From Corallochytrium limacisporum Hawaii (Eukaryota > Protista > Pluriformea), in NCBI GenBank assembly GCA_002811645.1, contig PDIP01000055.1, forward strand, positions 1-56,257: a stretch of 56,257 nt of DNA. Direction: 5' to 3'. Numbering within the stretch: the stretch's first letter is position 1; every line of letters begins with the position of its first letter. The translations under genes were made by a program, and so were the position numbers. Positions 10,717 to 22,382 of the stretch are shown piece by piece. The notes beneath the pieces were generated by a model. It was not told the origin of the DNA and made no database searches. It saw nothing but the letters and a program-made list of their open reading frames with translations.

Positions 10717-11458
10717 TCCATGGTGGACTCCACAAGGTTTCGTTCCCATCGATCCACGGAAAGTGCAAACAAAAAAGCCAACCAGCGCCAAATGAATCTT
10801 CGTAATCCATGTCCTACTTCCCGAAGGGGGCGACCCCGACCCTGCCCCTATCTGCCGAATCTCTCTCGTCCATCGTTTTCCGTGCTCCCTCTTTGCATTT
10901 TCATATTGTAATGGTCTCGCTGGCGCGTCCGATTCTATATGGATATCTCTCGGTACTGGCATTGTGGTGCTGGTTCCCGGTTTCGCTCGAGCGAGGAGAA
11001 ATCCCTGGACGGAGTCTGAGCTAGGACTGGGTACGGTGGCGTGGCTGTTACCGAAACATCGTACCCGTCGTAGTGTATCAGCACACCTGAATGCGGAACA
11101 CTGCCAAAAGATCCGCCTCCTTCCTTACCTTTCGACAAAGGGCCAATACATTCACACCGGTCTAATCCAGTTGTCAAAGTTCCCTTCTATTTATAAGGGG
11201 ATATAAACAGACTGGCTTTGATGACGGGCGACGACCAACCGGGAGAATGTCAATCAAACGCCAAAGCCTCTCTCGAACTTCGCACGATCATATATAAGAT
11301 TTCCTAGACATACTCAATTGCCTTACACTCCTCACTTGCTTCTCAGTTGGTAAATTGGTATGGTCCCAAACAAATTCTTGGCATTTGCCCGTGTCCAAGA
11401 GAAGACTACTCTATTGAAATTTTTCCCATTGGGCACATGGGAAAATGCAACAATTCAC

Positions 11459-12271
11459 ATGATGAACACAATCCATACGGTACGACACAAAATTGTGACG
11501 TTCGCCAACCTCAAAGGAATACATATGTGCTTATCACACATAGAGCTCTGTGCAAGTGTTGAAATCGCCCACCGACTGGGCAACCATCAACAATTGCCGG
11601 CAGCGCGGACTGTGGACGGACTGGCAGGGCACCAAAACTTGGCTTGGTTTGACACTTCGGCCAGCGGAGGACCACACTCTTGTAGGAGAAAAGGTGGGAA
11701 TCTTGGCATCCGTCATAAAGAAATGCGGTGCCAAAACGTAGGCCACGGTTGCCACCCATGGGGCCGGCACCGGGGCAGCTTGGCTTTCTCTTCCGTGCCA
11801 CCAGAACACTGTGAAGGGGGCGTTTTCGGAACCAACCGGTTTGCATCAGGTGTAATAGTTTGGCCGGTCGGGTTTCTCTTGAAACCCGTCTTCTTCCTGT
11901 ACTTGCGTACCGGAGTGTCCCCTTCCGTGGTACCAACTCTACCAAGCAGGACAGAGCACCTGATCAAACAAGGTGGGCAACGACGAAAACATATAGACTC
12001 CTATCCAATCCAGATTTTGATTAAATGCAAAAGGTTCTCTCGTTGACAGTTCACAAATAGGCCCCGCCCTTCGAATCAGGGTGCCTTTTGATGACTTTCT
12101 GTGGCGCGTATGACAAACACCCACAGCACTGCCACAGGGATGCACCGACACCACAACTGGAGTTAATTGCTGGCTTACTGTACAGAGCACACAAAATTTA
12201 GGTCATTCTCCTCCGAGGGTGAGGATTGGGTGTAAGCTGCCATTCGCAATGTTCGGCAAGTGGGATTATGA
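11459..12271 (+). pseudogene. alpha/beta-hydrolase (epoxide hydrolase/dehalogenase-like) pseudogene
   Basis: Motifs appear in the correct order across frames: VRHKIVTFANLKGIHM; nucleophile-elbow-like LASVIKKCGAKT*ATVATHGAGTGAAW..HQNTVKG (about 11703-11820); RIRVP/LMTFCGAYDK (about 12072-12117); GHSPP/EGEDWV*AAIRNV (about 12201-12253). Multiple stops and frameshifts. Confidence 0.5.
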
Positions 12272-12346
12272 ATATGTGGCGTACATGTCTAAAGACTTTG
12301 AACTAATCGAGCATGCCAATGATCATTAACAGTCTCTCTGGTTTCT

Positions 12347-13195
12347 TTATTCAAACTTAATCTGATGAGGAAGGCAAGGGACCCAGATCAGCTTGCCATC
12401 GCGCACGTATGCCTCATTGCGCAGGCGGCTCTGGGCTCCGTCTGCTCTGGTGAGGACAGTTTCGTACTCGAGATATACGTCCCGTTCATTGGCAGAAGGA
12501 TAGGCCTGCAGAATCAAGAGATTGCTAAATTTGTCTTCAGGGCACTCTGATCGGTGGCGTTTAAGCGCCCGGAACATTTGGAACCGGTTTACTTCCTTAC
12601 CATCTTCAGTTTTGGCTGAGAAGTCCTCGTGGAAAAAGTGCTCAAAGCATTCCTCGTATTGCATGGCAGTGCCATCGTTGCGGACCTCAAAGTAATCAGA
12701 GAGGTTCTCAATGACATCGGCAATTTCCGGTCGCTTATTCTGAGCCCCAACAATACGGGTCACCCAGTACTGTGTGCTCTTATTGTTCACAATTTTGACA
12801 ATCTGGCCTTCCCGCCAGTAAGTGGTTGCACCACAACGAATGGTGCAGCCATCATTAATCAGGTCCACGTTGTACGCCATGACCAAAGTGTCATCCTGTT
12901 CCATGTGACTCTCGGTAAAGTCAGGGCCCTGAAGGCGGAGTCCATTACGTCCAGTAACTGCGGCGTTCAACCATTGGTCGTAAGAGACCTTACCGTGCTC
13001 CGCAATGATGGTCAAACTCTTGTGGAAGGTCTTGGCGAATGCATACTGGTAGTCAATATCACTTCCATACTGCATCGCATAGTAGTATTCCCTGTACAAT
13101 TTCTGGCAGTATGCGACATTCTTATCATTGCAAGAGGGGTCCACGAAACCCTCAGCGTCCTGAGGGATCCGGGTCGGGGCAACGATTGCAACCAT
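12347..13195 (-). CDS. Protein with two tandem SnoaL/NTF2-like domains (282 aa)
   Basis: Two similar halves, each helix - F..(T/F)FH..(L/F) - E(H/D)GK - strands, ending WREGQIVKI and VRDGKLIWV, the typical SnoaL-like C-terminal strand. Good start context. Confidence 0.65.
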   Translation of the reverse strand: MVAIVAPTRIPQDAEGFVDPSCNDKNVAYCQKLYREYYYAMQYGSDIDYQYAFAKTFHKSLTIIAEHGKVSYDQWLNAAVTGRNGLRLQGPDFTESHMEQDDTLVMAYNVDLINDGCTIRCGATTYWREGQIVKIVNNKSTQYWVTRIVGAQNKRPEIADVIENLSDYFEVRNDGTAMQYEECFEHFFHEDFSAKTEDGKEVNRFQMFRALKRHRSECPEDKFSNLLILQAYPSANERDVYLEYETVLTRADGAQSRLRNEAYVRDGKLIWVPCLPHQIKFE

Positions 13196-16100
13196 TTTGG
13201 ATTGTATATGTATTCACTTTACGTGACTCTACGCTGACGTCCAAAACTGCCCGTTAGATCTCAACTAAGAGTTCATTATGTACCAGTACGTACTTGACTC
13301 TATACTGTGACCAAAAGCCGTCCGAACACACCAAAGATGTTTTGAAATCTTGTCAGCCGTACCGCGACGTTGACATACTTTCCCCCCATCTTTCTTCTTA
13401 TCTGTCCCGTCTCAGACTCCACCTTTCTTCCTCTAGGCATTGTCCGATCTCGACAGCCTCGCTCTGCGTTTCCAATAATATATGCATATACTGGAGCATG
13501 CTAGACACGCTTGTGTATTGGCACGCATATTCCGGCCTATGTAAGATGCGGCTCGGCTCCACACAAGATGCTTACCACACCCCCAAGCCCGCTTGATTAA
13601 GTGACGTGCTGAGATTGAATATCTCCACACTCTACATTTATCTCCGTCCTCTTCCCCCTCCCCCCGGGAGGCTCCCTTCTGTTGGCTTCTGGCCGATGGG
13701 GGTGGTCCACTAACAGGAGGGGGTCCTCACTTGACCACACCTCGGTAGTGAAGCAGCTGAGTTAAAACCGACTGCGTGTGGCTCTCACTCTAATATTGTA
13801 TCCCCATCTCGTACGTGTCCCTGCACGACGTTGGAATCGTGAACGCTTCGAACCACTAAACGCTACACTATGTCAAGTTGTGCAGAGAGCCAATCTAAGA
13901 CTTTCCTAAGCATTCGTTGGCAATGGGAACTGCACCAGGTAGAGTTTTTAAACCCAGGAGTAGCAGGGATTTCGGTGAGGCCTCGTATTTTAACATATAT
14001 AGCACAAGGGTCCTCCTGAGCGCCGCTCTGGTGCATTAGTGAAGCCAGTGCGACAGTGGACCGCTAAGGCGATGCCTCCCTTCACTAGTGACTTCAATAA
14101 GGCCACACTCCATTAGCACCATTTAACAAATGGGAAAACTTTCTAAACATTGGTATCAAAGAACTATATCCTACATCACCTCCATCGCCAGCGTTGTGGG
14201 TGGATAAGCAAAATTTCGGTTGTCAGTTAGAACCTAATAGACATGACCTTTGTCTCTTATTTTGGATAGAATATCATTTACCTTTCCTATCCCTTCAACT
14301 TGTGTGTGAAATGCGATGGCAAGCCCACTCCTATTAGATCAAGTTTAGTAATCTCCATGCGGAGATGCTCGTCTTACTGCACATGGATCGGCAAAAAACC
14401 ACTACTGATCTGTTATCATTTATGGACAAAGAAGGAGCAGTATTTCCGCCGTTGATGTATGAGTACCCATAGTTCTTGTTGCCGTTCTTGCTTTGCGTGC
14501 AAGGTCCGCCAACCAATATTTTTTCTTTTCACTTTTCCTTGATTTCGCCTCGAAGCAGTGCTGACAATACCCGCTACAACCACTGCAAGCACTCTTCTAA
14601 CCTCGAAAACGCGAACCCACTTCGTTGAAGAAAAATCTTTCCTTGAATGCTTGCCGATGCTCCGGTATTTTAGGTACCAAGTGCTGAGGTGGCAGTAGGG
14701 CTTAGAAAAGGGTGTGGATTCTTACCAAAAGATTTTGTAGCAGAGGTATTCGGAACCGGGGGGAGGGAAGAGGGGAGGGGGGGTGGGCGGGCCAAATCCG
14801 CATATTCTCACATGCAACCTCGGAGAATGAAGGCAAGGGGAGGTGAAGCAAAAAGGAAAGGAAAAGTCGCAAAATAAAACACCCTCCCCTCGTTTCGCCC
14901 ACGTACCCGAGCGCACCACTGAGGGTCATTACAGCTGACTCCGTGCAAGCTTGTTTCTCTAAACCGTACCATTTTTTTTTCTTAATTTGCTTCTTTTCCG
15001 ATCTGTGTGCTAGTACCTTCCTCTGGACCGCTTCTCTAAGTGTGCTCCACGGATTTTTTTTTTTGCAGTAAGTATAGGTACTGGAACTCACTGCTTACGC
15101 ATTGATCGTGGTTTCAAAAGGGCATGCGCCGAAAACTTACCAAACAAGGAAGGTCACCTAGAACGCAGTGGAGGAGGTTTCAGTTGGGAATCCGCCTTTG
15201 ATGGGTGGGAAACAGGGATGCATCTCTGCTTCACCGTATGGTGGTGCAGTGAAGCATACATCATGCTTAAGCCTTCGTTAGTTTTTGGTTTTTTTGGAAC
15301 CACATTGAGCAGCAGCAACAGATGGAAAATCTGCAGTACTAAACAGATAGGATTAATCCATTATCACACGAGTTTGAGTGAATGTTCTTAATGTGTTTCG
15401 TGGGTACCGGGCCTCCAGGACACCGAGGCAGAGTGCATACCCAATCAATGAGACTTCCACCTCTGCCCACGCCATTATCGACAACCCCGGCAACACACTC
15501 GTGGATGTCCACATCGAAGTTAATGGGGTGCACTCCCCATTCAGTGTTCTGCAGTTCCTGCTGTCGAGACACCAAAGGAAAGATAAATACTAACACAAAT
15601 GCTATACACTGCAGACGTAGGTTGGTGCATTTGTGACTAGCCCCTTCCATCATGATCAACAGTACGGGCCTCCTAGAGAAGGGTGCAACGCCAGTCCTCT
15701 GGGCTGCACAGGGGGTCGCACTCTCTTCAACTGTGTTGCTTCGCTCTACTTCGTTTTGGATTCTACTAACCACCAACAGTCTGGGGGTGAAAGTTGACGA
15801 GGAAGTAACCGGCGCGACCAAGCTAGAATCTTTCCAGCGCTCTGAACTGTTTAATTACATGGCTGGGCATGTTTCCCGTGAACGTTCAGATCTGTGCTAA
15901 CCACCAACGCAAACAAGCCGAGCCGTGCGGGCTTATGCCGCCCGGTTCAACCAGCTGTAGACTGGCGAGGGTTCACCGGATATCTACATGCGGACGTGGT
16001 CTGGAAATTATGGCGGTAGTACAGAGAATCTAAGCCTCGTGAGCCTTTACGCTGGGGCCGTTGATGTCGACAGATTCGGAACGATAATTATACTTTGGGC

Positions 16101-16675
16101 AGTTTCAATGATGCAATGACATGGACACACATTATATGCATATAGTGTGCGCGTGTCCAGGGAAGGGGGTTGTTGGGGGGGTCACTTCATTCGGCCCATA
16201 TTCCAATAAGTTTGAGCATTCCACACAACGTCCGGCTCTCCTCCACAGCAGTCATAGGACACCAGAGGTCAAGAGTTTTCGGGTTTACAAGAGGGGGAGT
16301 GTAAGAGTGGAAATTTTGGCTGTGGTGCTCAAAGCAATGTGGCATACGCTCATTTATTAGCGGTATAGCAAGAAAACACACAAGGCCGGTTGTCGCGGCG
16401 AGAGGAGTGAAGCGAGCTTTTGGGGGAAGGGGGGAGGGCAACGGCTAGATGGCTGTGGGCATCATCATCATCAGCGCCCGTTCTATCAACAAATACGTGG
16501 ATGGCAAATACAGCCTACCATCCAAAGGAGAAAGTGAACGTGCATGCTGGATTATGATTGGAAGATGCGCAGATGAGATAGTGACATTTCAAAGTCGCAA
16601 TATGGTGGTAAGGTAGTGATGTCTACAGCAGATAAAAATGAAAATTACTATGTTTTAATACGTGCATGAGAGAGC

Positions 16676-16918
16676 CTACTCCTCAATGCTGTGCAGACGG
16701 CGGCGACGACTGCTCTGAGGACGGTAGGAGGTGCTGGCCATTGAGGTGGTGGAGGCTGTCCGGCAGTCGAGTTCGGACTCGGTCTCAGGGATGGGCGGAG
16801 TGTAAGGATCCGGCTGTTGGTACACAGTGCGGTTATAGGACGCTGTGGGGGCCCAAGGCATGAAGGCGTCGCCGATGCTCTGGAAGCTAGCGTTGAGGAT
16901 TGCGGTAACCTTACCCAT
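16676..16918 (-). CDS. Small hypothetical protein (80 aa)
   Basis: Strong start context (aaaccATGG), A/C-rich leader, and the upstream ACGTATTTAA element shared with the 7405-7824 gene. Pro/Ser/Thr-rich with a basic RRRRLHS end. Confidence 0.5.
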   Translation of the reverse strand: MGKVTAILNASFQSIGDAFMPWAPTASYNRTVYQQPDPYTPPIPETESELDCRTASTTSMASTSYRPQSSRRRRLHSIEE

Positions 16919-17028
16919 GGTTTCTGTTTGGTGTGTTTACTGAGGAAATATCAAAGTGTCAGTCTAGATGGCGTACAGTCCGTGCGTGTACTGGCTAGAG
17001 CTGGTAGATATCCCATCCCCATCACGCT

Positions 17029-17038
17029 TTAAATACGT
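17029..17038 (-). promoter_or_regulatory. Candidate core promoter ACGTATTTAA
   Basis: Identical to 7931-7940 and at nearly the same distance from the ATG. Confidence 0.4.
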
Positions 17039-19221
17039 TAAGATCATTGAGTTGTACACGTGCAGTAAGCCAAAACTGTCAACGTATCTGCTATAAAGTC
17101 CTGACCCACTTGGAAAGTACTTCCGCAAACGGATACCCTGGCTTCCGGTGCGCACCGACCTGAGCGGAAAGTGAGCTATTTCAAATGGAACCAAATTCTT
17201 CGTACCGCGTAGGCAGTATGGCTAGTGGGGCAGATCGAGAGTACGAGATGCAGTGTATGTTTTTCTTCCTGTTGGAAAATTTTGTGAGTAGAACCACAGT
17301 GCGGTGGTACCAATGCTGGCATTGGGGTCACGTATTCTCGCCGCTTCCGCTGCTCTTGCGCTTTCAAGAAAAATTGCCTGGCCTGCCGTGTTCCTTCTCG
17401 GGGACACTATTGGGTCTGTATCCGTCGCTTCACTATTGCTTGCCCATGGTCTGCGGGCGCAGTGCGGTTTTGAATTCTCCCATGTTTCGATTCAGTCTGT
17501 TTTTCTGACAGTACATTCACTATTGAGCCCCGCCCGGCGGACACCACGACCCACTTTTGTCCGTACAGACAGCTGACCGGGAGGTGTAACCGAGAGATAC
17601 ACATACCAATAAGAACCCCCCCCGAACACCGTCTACTTTCAAGGGACCCTGAAAACTATCTCACCACACAAGAATTTGCCAACGCATTTCGGCGACCAGC
17701 GGTTCATCGGTAAAAGCTCTTTCGTGGTGTGGGTGACACGTAGAGGGTTGAAAACTTCTCAATACATTTAGCTCCGCAATCTATTTCTGTGGCCTCGGTG
17801 GTTTTAACATGGTAGGGCTCCTGAAATATCTTTGGAATGTGGGGCGTAGCGACAACGGTATGGTGCTCAAGCCCCACCTTCCCCCCCCCCCCCGGTTTTC
17901 TTTTGCGCTCCCTCTCTCTCTCCTCCACCACCACGTCGTTTCCATTTACTTATCTCCTCATTTCCAGGCCTATCTGTGCCTTGTCTACATATTTGCACAG
18001 TATTTTGGCTATCCCCCCTCTCCCAGGGGTCGTCGGCTCCCCTATTTTTTCTCAGCGTTAACCGATATGCTAAAGATAGATAGGGGCCAACGCCGCCAAT
18101 ACAATACAAATAGCCAAGCAACTTCAGCATAGTTGCTCATAACTTTTTTTTTGGGGGGGGGCCTCGGCCCAGGTTTTCCCCCTCCTTCGCCACCCGCACC
18201 CGCGAAGTGCTGACATCCGCGCGCACATACCAAGCGTGAAAAATTCTCACACCGGTGCTTGCCCTTTGCAAAGTACAGATTAGCTGTCGACATTTCAGAG
18301 CACGACGCAGCAACTCCTGTGTTCCAAAGTCACATCATTTCACTTCCCGCACACCCGCCTGTGGTCTGGTTCCCGCCCAGCCAAAAAATAGCCAGGCCAA
18401 AGAAACCGCGAACAACACATGTCCAGCAACGTATGTGCAAGCAATCTCCACCTTGGGCACATGGTCCAGGCGACACTACTTTTTGGTAGGGTGGGCAGGC
18501 CATGAGCTGAAGGGACATCGTTTTATTGAGGTAGGTAGCGCAGGTGTTTTATGGCTTTACTTTCTTGCGTTTACTTCACTGCCCGTCTGAACTACCACCA
18601 GGAACCGGCTTGAGATTGCTCAATCACGGATTCCTACTCCTGCGCAATGAAATGTAGGATGTTCGATTGAACTCTTCAAAATTGTTGACTAAACGGGATC
18701 CTCCACAACCACACTGCCGCCAGTGTTTCGATGTGAATTTTGCAGCGCCATCCACATCTTCACTTTGAGAGTCGGGAGGTGTTGCAATTCGACACATTAC
18801 ACCTCTCGCGGGCGAGTGTGAGGTAATGCAGACTCACTTGCCGCCCACGGAAATTATCCTTCATACATTACGTATAGATACACCCGTTCGCAGAGGCGAG
18901 ATACGAGGTTTTATTTTCTCAAGAACTTCGTTCGGGTCTGCTAGAAATTCGCCCGATAGATGCAGAAATTGCAACACATGTGTGCACAAGATATAAATAC
19001 GCACACGTAATACTTATATATTTAGTACTGGATTTAAATTTCGGGAGTGGTACACCTGGTACCACCAGGGATAAAGGGCGTGGCATTATCCCCAAGGATC
19101 TTGCCGAAGGGCATGCTCAGAGCCCCTTACCGTTTTATCGGAAAGCCCCCTTTAGGTGGACAACCCCGTCCGGCCGGGTGGGGGAGAAAGACGGAGGGAG
19201 GGGAGGGGTTGGGGGGAGAGC

Positions 19222-19251
19222 CAGAGACAGAGACAGAGACAGAGACAGAGA
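19222..19251 (+). repeat. (CAGAGA)5 hexanucleotide repeat
   Basis: Five perfect tandem units followed by a degenerate AAGAGAC. Confidence 0.9.
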
Positions 19252-20575
19252 AAGAGACGGTTGGGTTGGTGTCGATCCGAATAGACACTGGTCCAGTAAA
19301 GTAAGTACACTACAACGCACTCAGTGGGGGGGGGGGCAAGAAACGAGATAACGAAAAATAGGAGAAGGACAGGCTTAGCAGAGGGTGGGTCAGAGCGCCA
19401 CTTTTTCGGGCCTTTAGAGAAAAATATCAGATTTTTGACCACATCCCGCCCACTCCCGTCCGAGGGGAATGGCAGTTTATCCCTTACAGTTATATAAGAG
19501 CGGATTGAATTTCTCGGTGACCCGGGGCCATGACGAAGTAAATTTTTTCTACGTCTGTCAGAGCGCGTTGTCTTCGGAGAGGCTGGAAAAGCACCCGTGG
19601 TTGGGTGGTCTTAACGTCCACGATCAATATCAATAGTTAATATATTGGTGTTTTGGCAACTGCTGTCAACTTTGCCTACCTTCGGAGGAAAGCAGGACAG
19701 CTTGCAGCCGCACGAGCTGAGTAGGCCCTTGGACAGTCCGAGTCCTGCCAAACAGAGCAAGCACTAGAAAGCGATGAGACCCAGGGATCGAAGGACCACG
19801 AAGAAAAATTGCCAAGCCGCGAGGTCTGAACGTATGGCAGGCGAAGGGGGGGGGAATGTGGAAAATCGGGGGAAGAACAGAGCCTCGACTTGTCGCTTGG
19901 AAGAAAAATTTCGGCAACGGGTGGAAGGGAGAAAATGTTTTCTTTTTTTTTTTTTGTTTTGCGTGCGGGCCTTGCTCCTTAAGGATTTTGCGTGGTTCCA
20001 GGGACTTCTCTCACCAAGGGAGAGATCTCCCCGGTGAAGGGGAAACAAACCGGGAGAGAAAACTGGACTCCCCCCGGTGGAGGCCGCGCGGAGAAGGGGG
20101 GCGGGGGTGTCAAATCCCCGAGGCTGGCACGGAGGGGTCCCGCTGCCTAGTTCTAGGAAAGAGAACAAGGGCAGGGCTACCCCGGTGATGCAAGAGGATG
20201 CTGCAGAAGGGGGTTGACCTCACAGTTCCAAGTCTACATGTCTTGGGTACACACGTGAATCAATAAGTTCAACATCGGTCGTTACGTACAAGTTGATATG
20301 GCGAAAATCAGACTGATTGTTGCAGTAATGATGCAAGAGAGGGGTGGTATGTGCACGTCACATGCTTCAGGAAGATATTTTCGTCTCCCGAACAAAACAT
20401 TGAACAAATAGGGATGACGATGATGTCCATCCACCATGCCAACCACAGCCCCTCATGCGTTCCGTGTGCCATAGTACCATACCATGCGGCGTTTCCTGAG
20501 TTGTGACAGTGGCAATAGTATACTCTCTCTATAGTGCTGTAATAAGAGCATCGTTTCCGTGTATCAGTATTACCG

Positions 20576-21538
20576 TTATTGGGACCACAAGGGCATCCCC
20601 AGGGTGCGCAGAGGGTCACAAATAGCACTCTCAACGCCCAAGTCCACTTTCGCAATGGCGGCCATTTCATCATCGCTCAGAGAGAAGTGACCGATGTGCG
20701 TGTTTGCTTCAATGTTCTTGGGAGTGGCACTCTTGGGAATTGGTACTACACCAAGCTGCACGGACCATTGTTAACAGACGGCGAACGGAGTTGTGTTGTG
20801 TTTGGCAGCAAGCTTACGCAAGAGATGTCCTTCAGGGTAGTTGCCGCGGGCCAATGGGCAGTATCCCATAATGACAATATCAGGGAAGAACTTGCGGATG
20901 GCCTCCAAGGGACGCTGACGCTGGTAGAAGGGGTGAAGTTCCAACTGCAGCGCCGCCGGAGGGATCCGACAGTAAGTCCACAGGTCCGATACACACAGTG
21001 GTGTGTAGTTGCTGATGCCGATAGTCTTGGTCAGACCTTTGTCAACGCAGGTCTCCATACACTGCCAAATAGTCTGCCTACTGACCTTCGCAGCAGGCAC
21101 CATTCCATTGGCGTCCTTGTAGAAGCCTGGAATCTCGTGGTGCTCAATGCTCAGAGGCCAGTGGTGCAGATACAGATCCAAGTAGCCCACACCGAGCTTC
21201 TCTACGCTCTTGCGGCAAGCATTCTCGATGTGCTCAGGATGGGCATCAGTGGGCCATAACTTGCTAACAACGACCAGGTCCTCGCGCTTGCACACTCCCT
21301 CGTCAATGGCCCGCTTGATTCCCTTACCGACAGATTCCTCGTTCAAGTACATGGCTGCGGTGTCGATCAGACGGTAGCCGGCTACCGCAATGGCATGATA
21401 GACAGCTTCCACGCAGGTGTCATCGGTGGCCTTGAAGGTTCCTAGGCCAAGCTTCGGCATCCTGTGGTTGGCGTCTCCATTCATGGGATGGCCAACGGCC
21501 TTGGACAGATCAGTGTACATGGATTTGTTTCCCGGCAT
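20576..21538 (-). pseudogene. Aldo-keto reductase interrupted by one in-frame TAA at 20771-20773 (recent pseudogene, sequencing error or readthrough)
   Basis: MPKLGLGTF, IDTAAMY, SKLW, DLYLHHWP, IGISNY and QLELHPF are intact. The frame continues AVC*QWSVQLGVVPIPKS...SLSDDEM through the stop with no frameshift. Confidence 0.85.
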
Positions 21539-22289
21539 TATTGAGTATAGCAGTTTATGGTTGATCAACAGGCACACCATTGAACTTTGGCTGCGCCGTT
21601 CGTCCAAATACTTGGTCCTGTTCCAGACAGGGCAGCATGTGGCAATCCTGAAACGAGCTCAAGCAACAGCATGTGACTGGAACCTCTGCTCCATTAATGG
21701 ACATCTCCGTGCTATAGCAATTGAACTGTGCACAAATCCGCTCGGCCTCCTCCAGATCTGTGACCAGTACTTTTACTGCGTGAGCGGTTCCAGTCGACAC
21801 GATAGTACTATAATGTATGCCATTAAAACGGTCTCCAGGACTTCATATTGAATATACACATAGTCCCTCCCTTCCCCCCAAAAGGAAGGCTGAAGAGGGG
21901 ATTCGGTACTGCTGTGCACCAACCAGTAACATTTCCATCCTGAGAAACTTGGTGGCAGAGAAGTAATCGAAGAGCCGTCCCTCAGCTCTGCTTCTCCGGA
22001 CAAGGGTCTGCGAGGTAGTGAATGTATGACATCAGCGAATGACGTTTAAAACTCCTGAACTGTAGGTACTGGGCCCCGCCCGACACCGGCACCGGTCCAC
22101 CCTCCGGGCCGGCACCCATACTCGCCCAATGACTATCCAGTGGACATTCACCGCATGTCCGCAAAGCGACCCGGGGCCATTTGACCGTCTCCCCATATTT
22201 CGTAGTCCTCCGGCTATGTAAACATCTCAATTTCATCAGCTATATATGTATCACTTTTTCGCCCCAAGCGTTTTAAGGAGAATGTTACC

Positions 22290-22361
22290 GGCGAGATGGT
22301 GTAACGGTGAGCATTCGAGACTTTGAATCTCGAGACCGGGGTTCGACTCCCCGTCTTGCCT
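22290..22361 (+). tRNA. trnQ-TTG: tRNA-Gln (anticodon TTG)
   Basis: Cloverleaf: acceptor GGCGAGA/TCTTGCC, anticodon arm CGAGA-CTTTGAA-TCTCG, T-arm CGGGG-TTCGACT-CCCCG. A and B boxes present; no intron. Confidence 0.95.
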
Positions 22362-22371
22362 CCATTCTCTG

Positions 22372-22382
22372 TTTTTTTTTTT
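22372..22382 (+). terminator. RNA polymerase III oligo(T) terminator
   Basis: T11 run 10 nt after the tRNA 3' end, followed by further T runs. Confidence 0.8.

Noticed and set aside
11360-12046. 228-aa plus-strand ORF as an intact gene
   Set aside because: Only its start matches the hydrolase relic; the conserved motifs continue in other frames.
20771-20773. Genome-wide reassignment of UAA to a sense codon
   Set aside because: TAA terminates many genes here at their expected ends (Spg1, GOSR2, the AKR itself); TAG and TGA are also used as stops.
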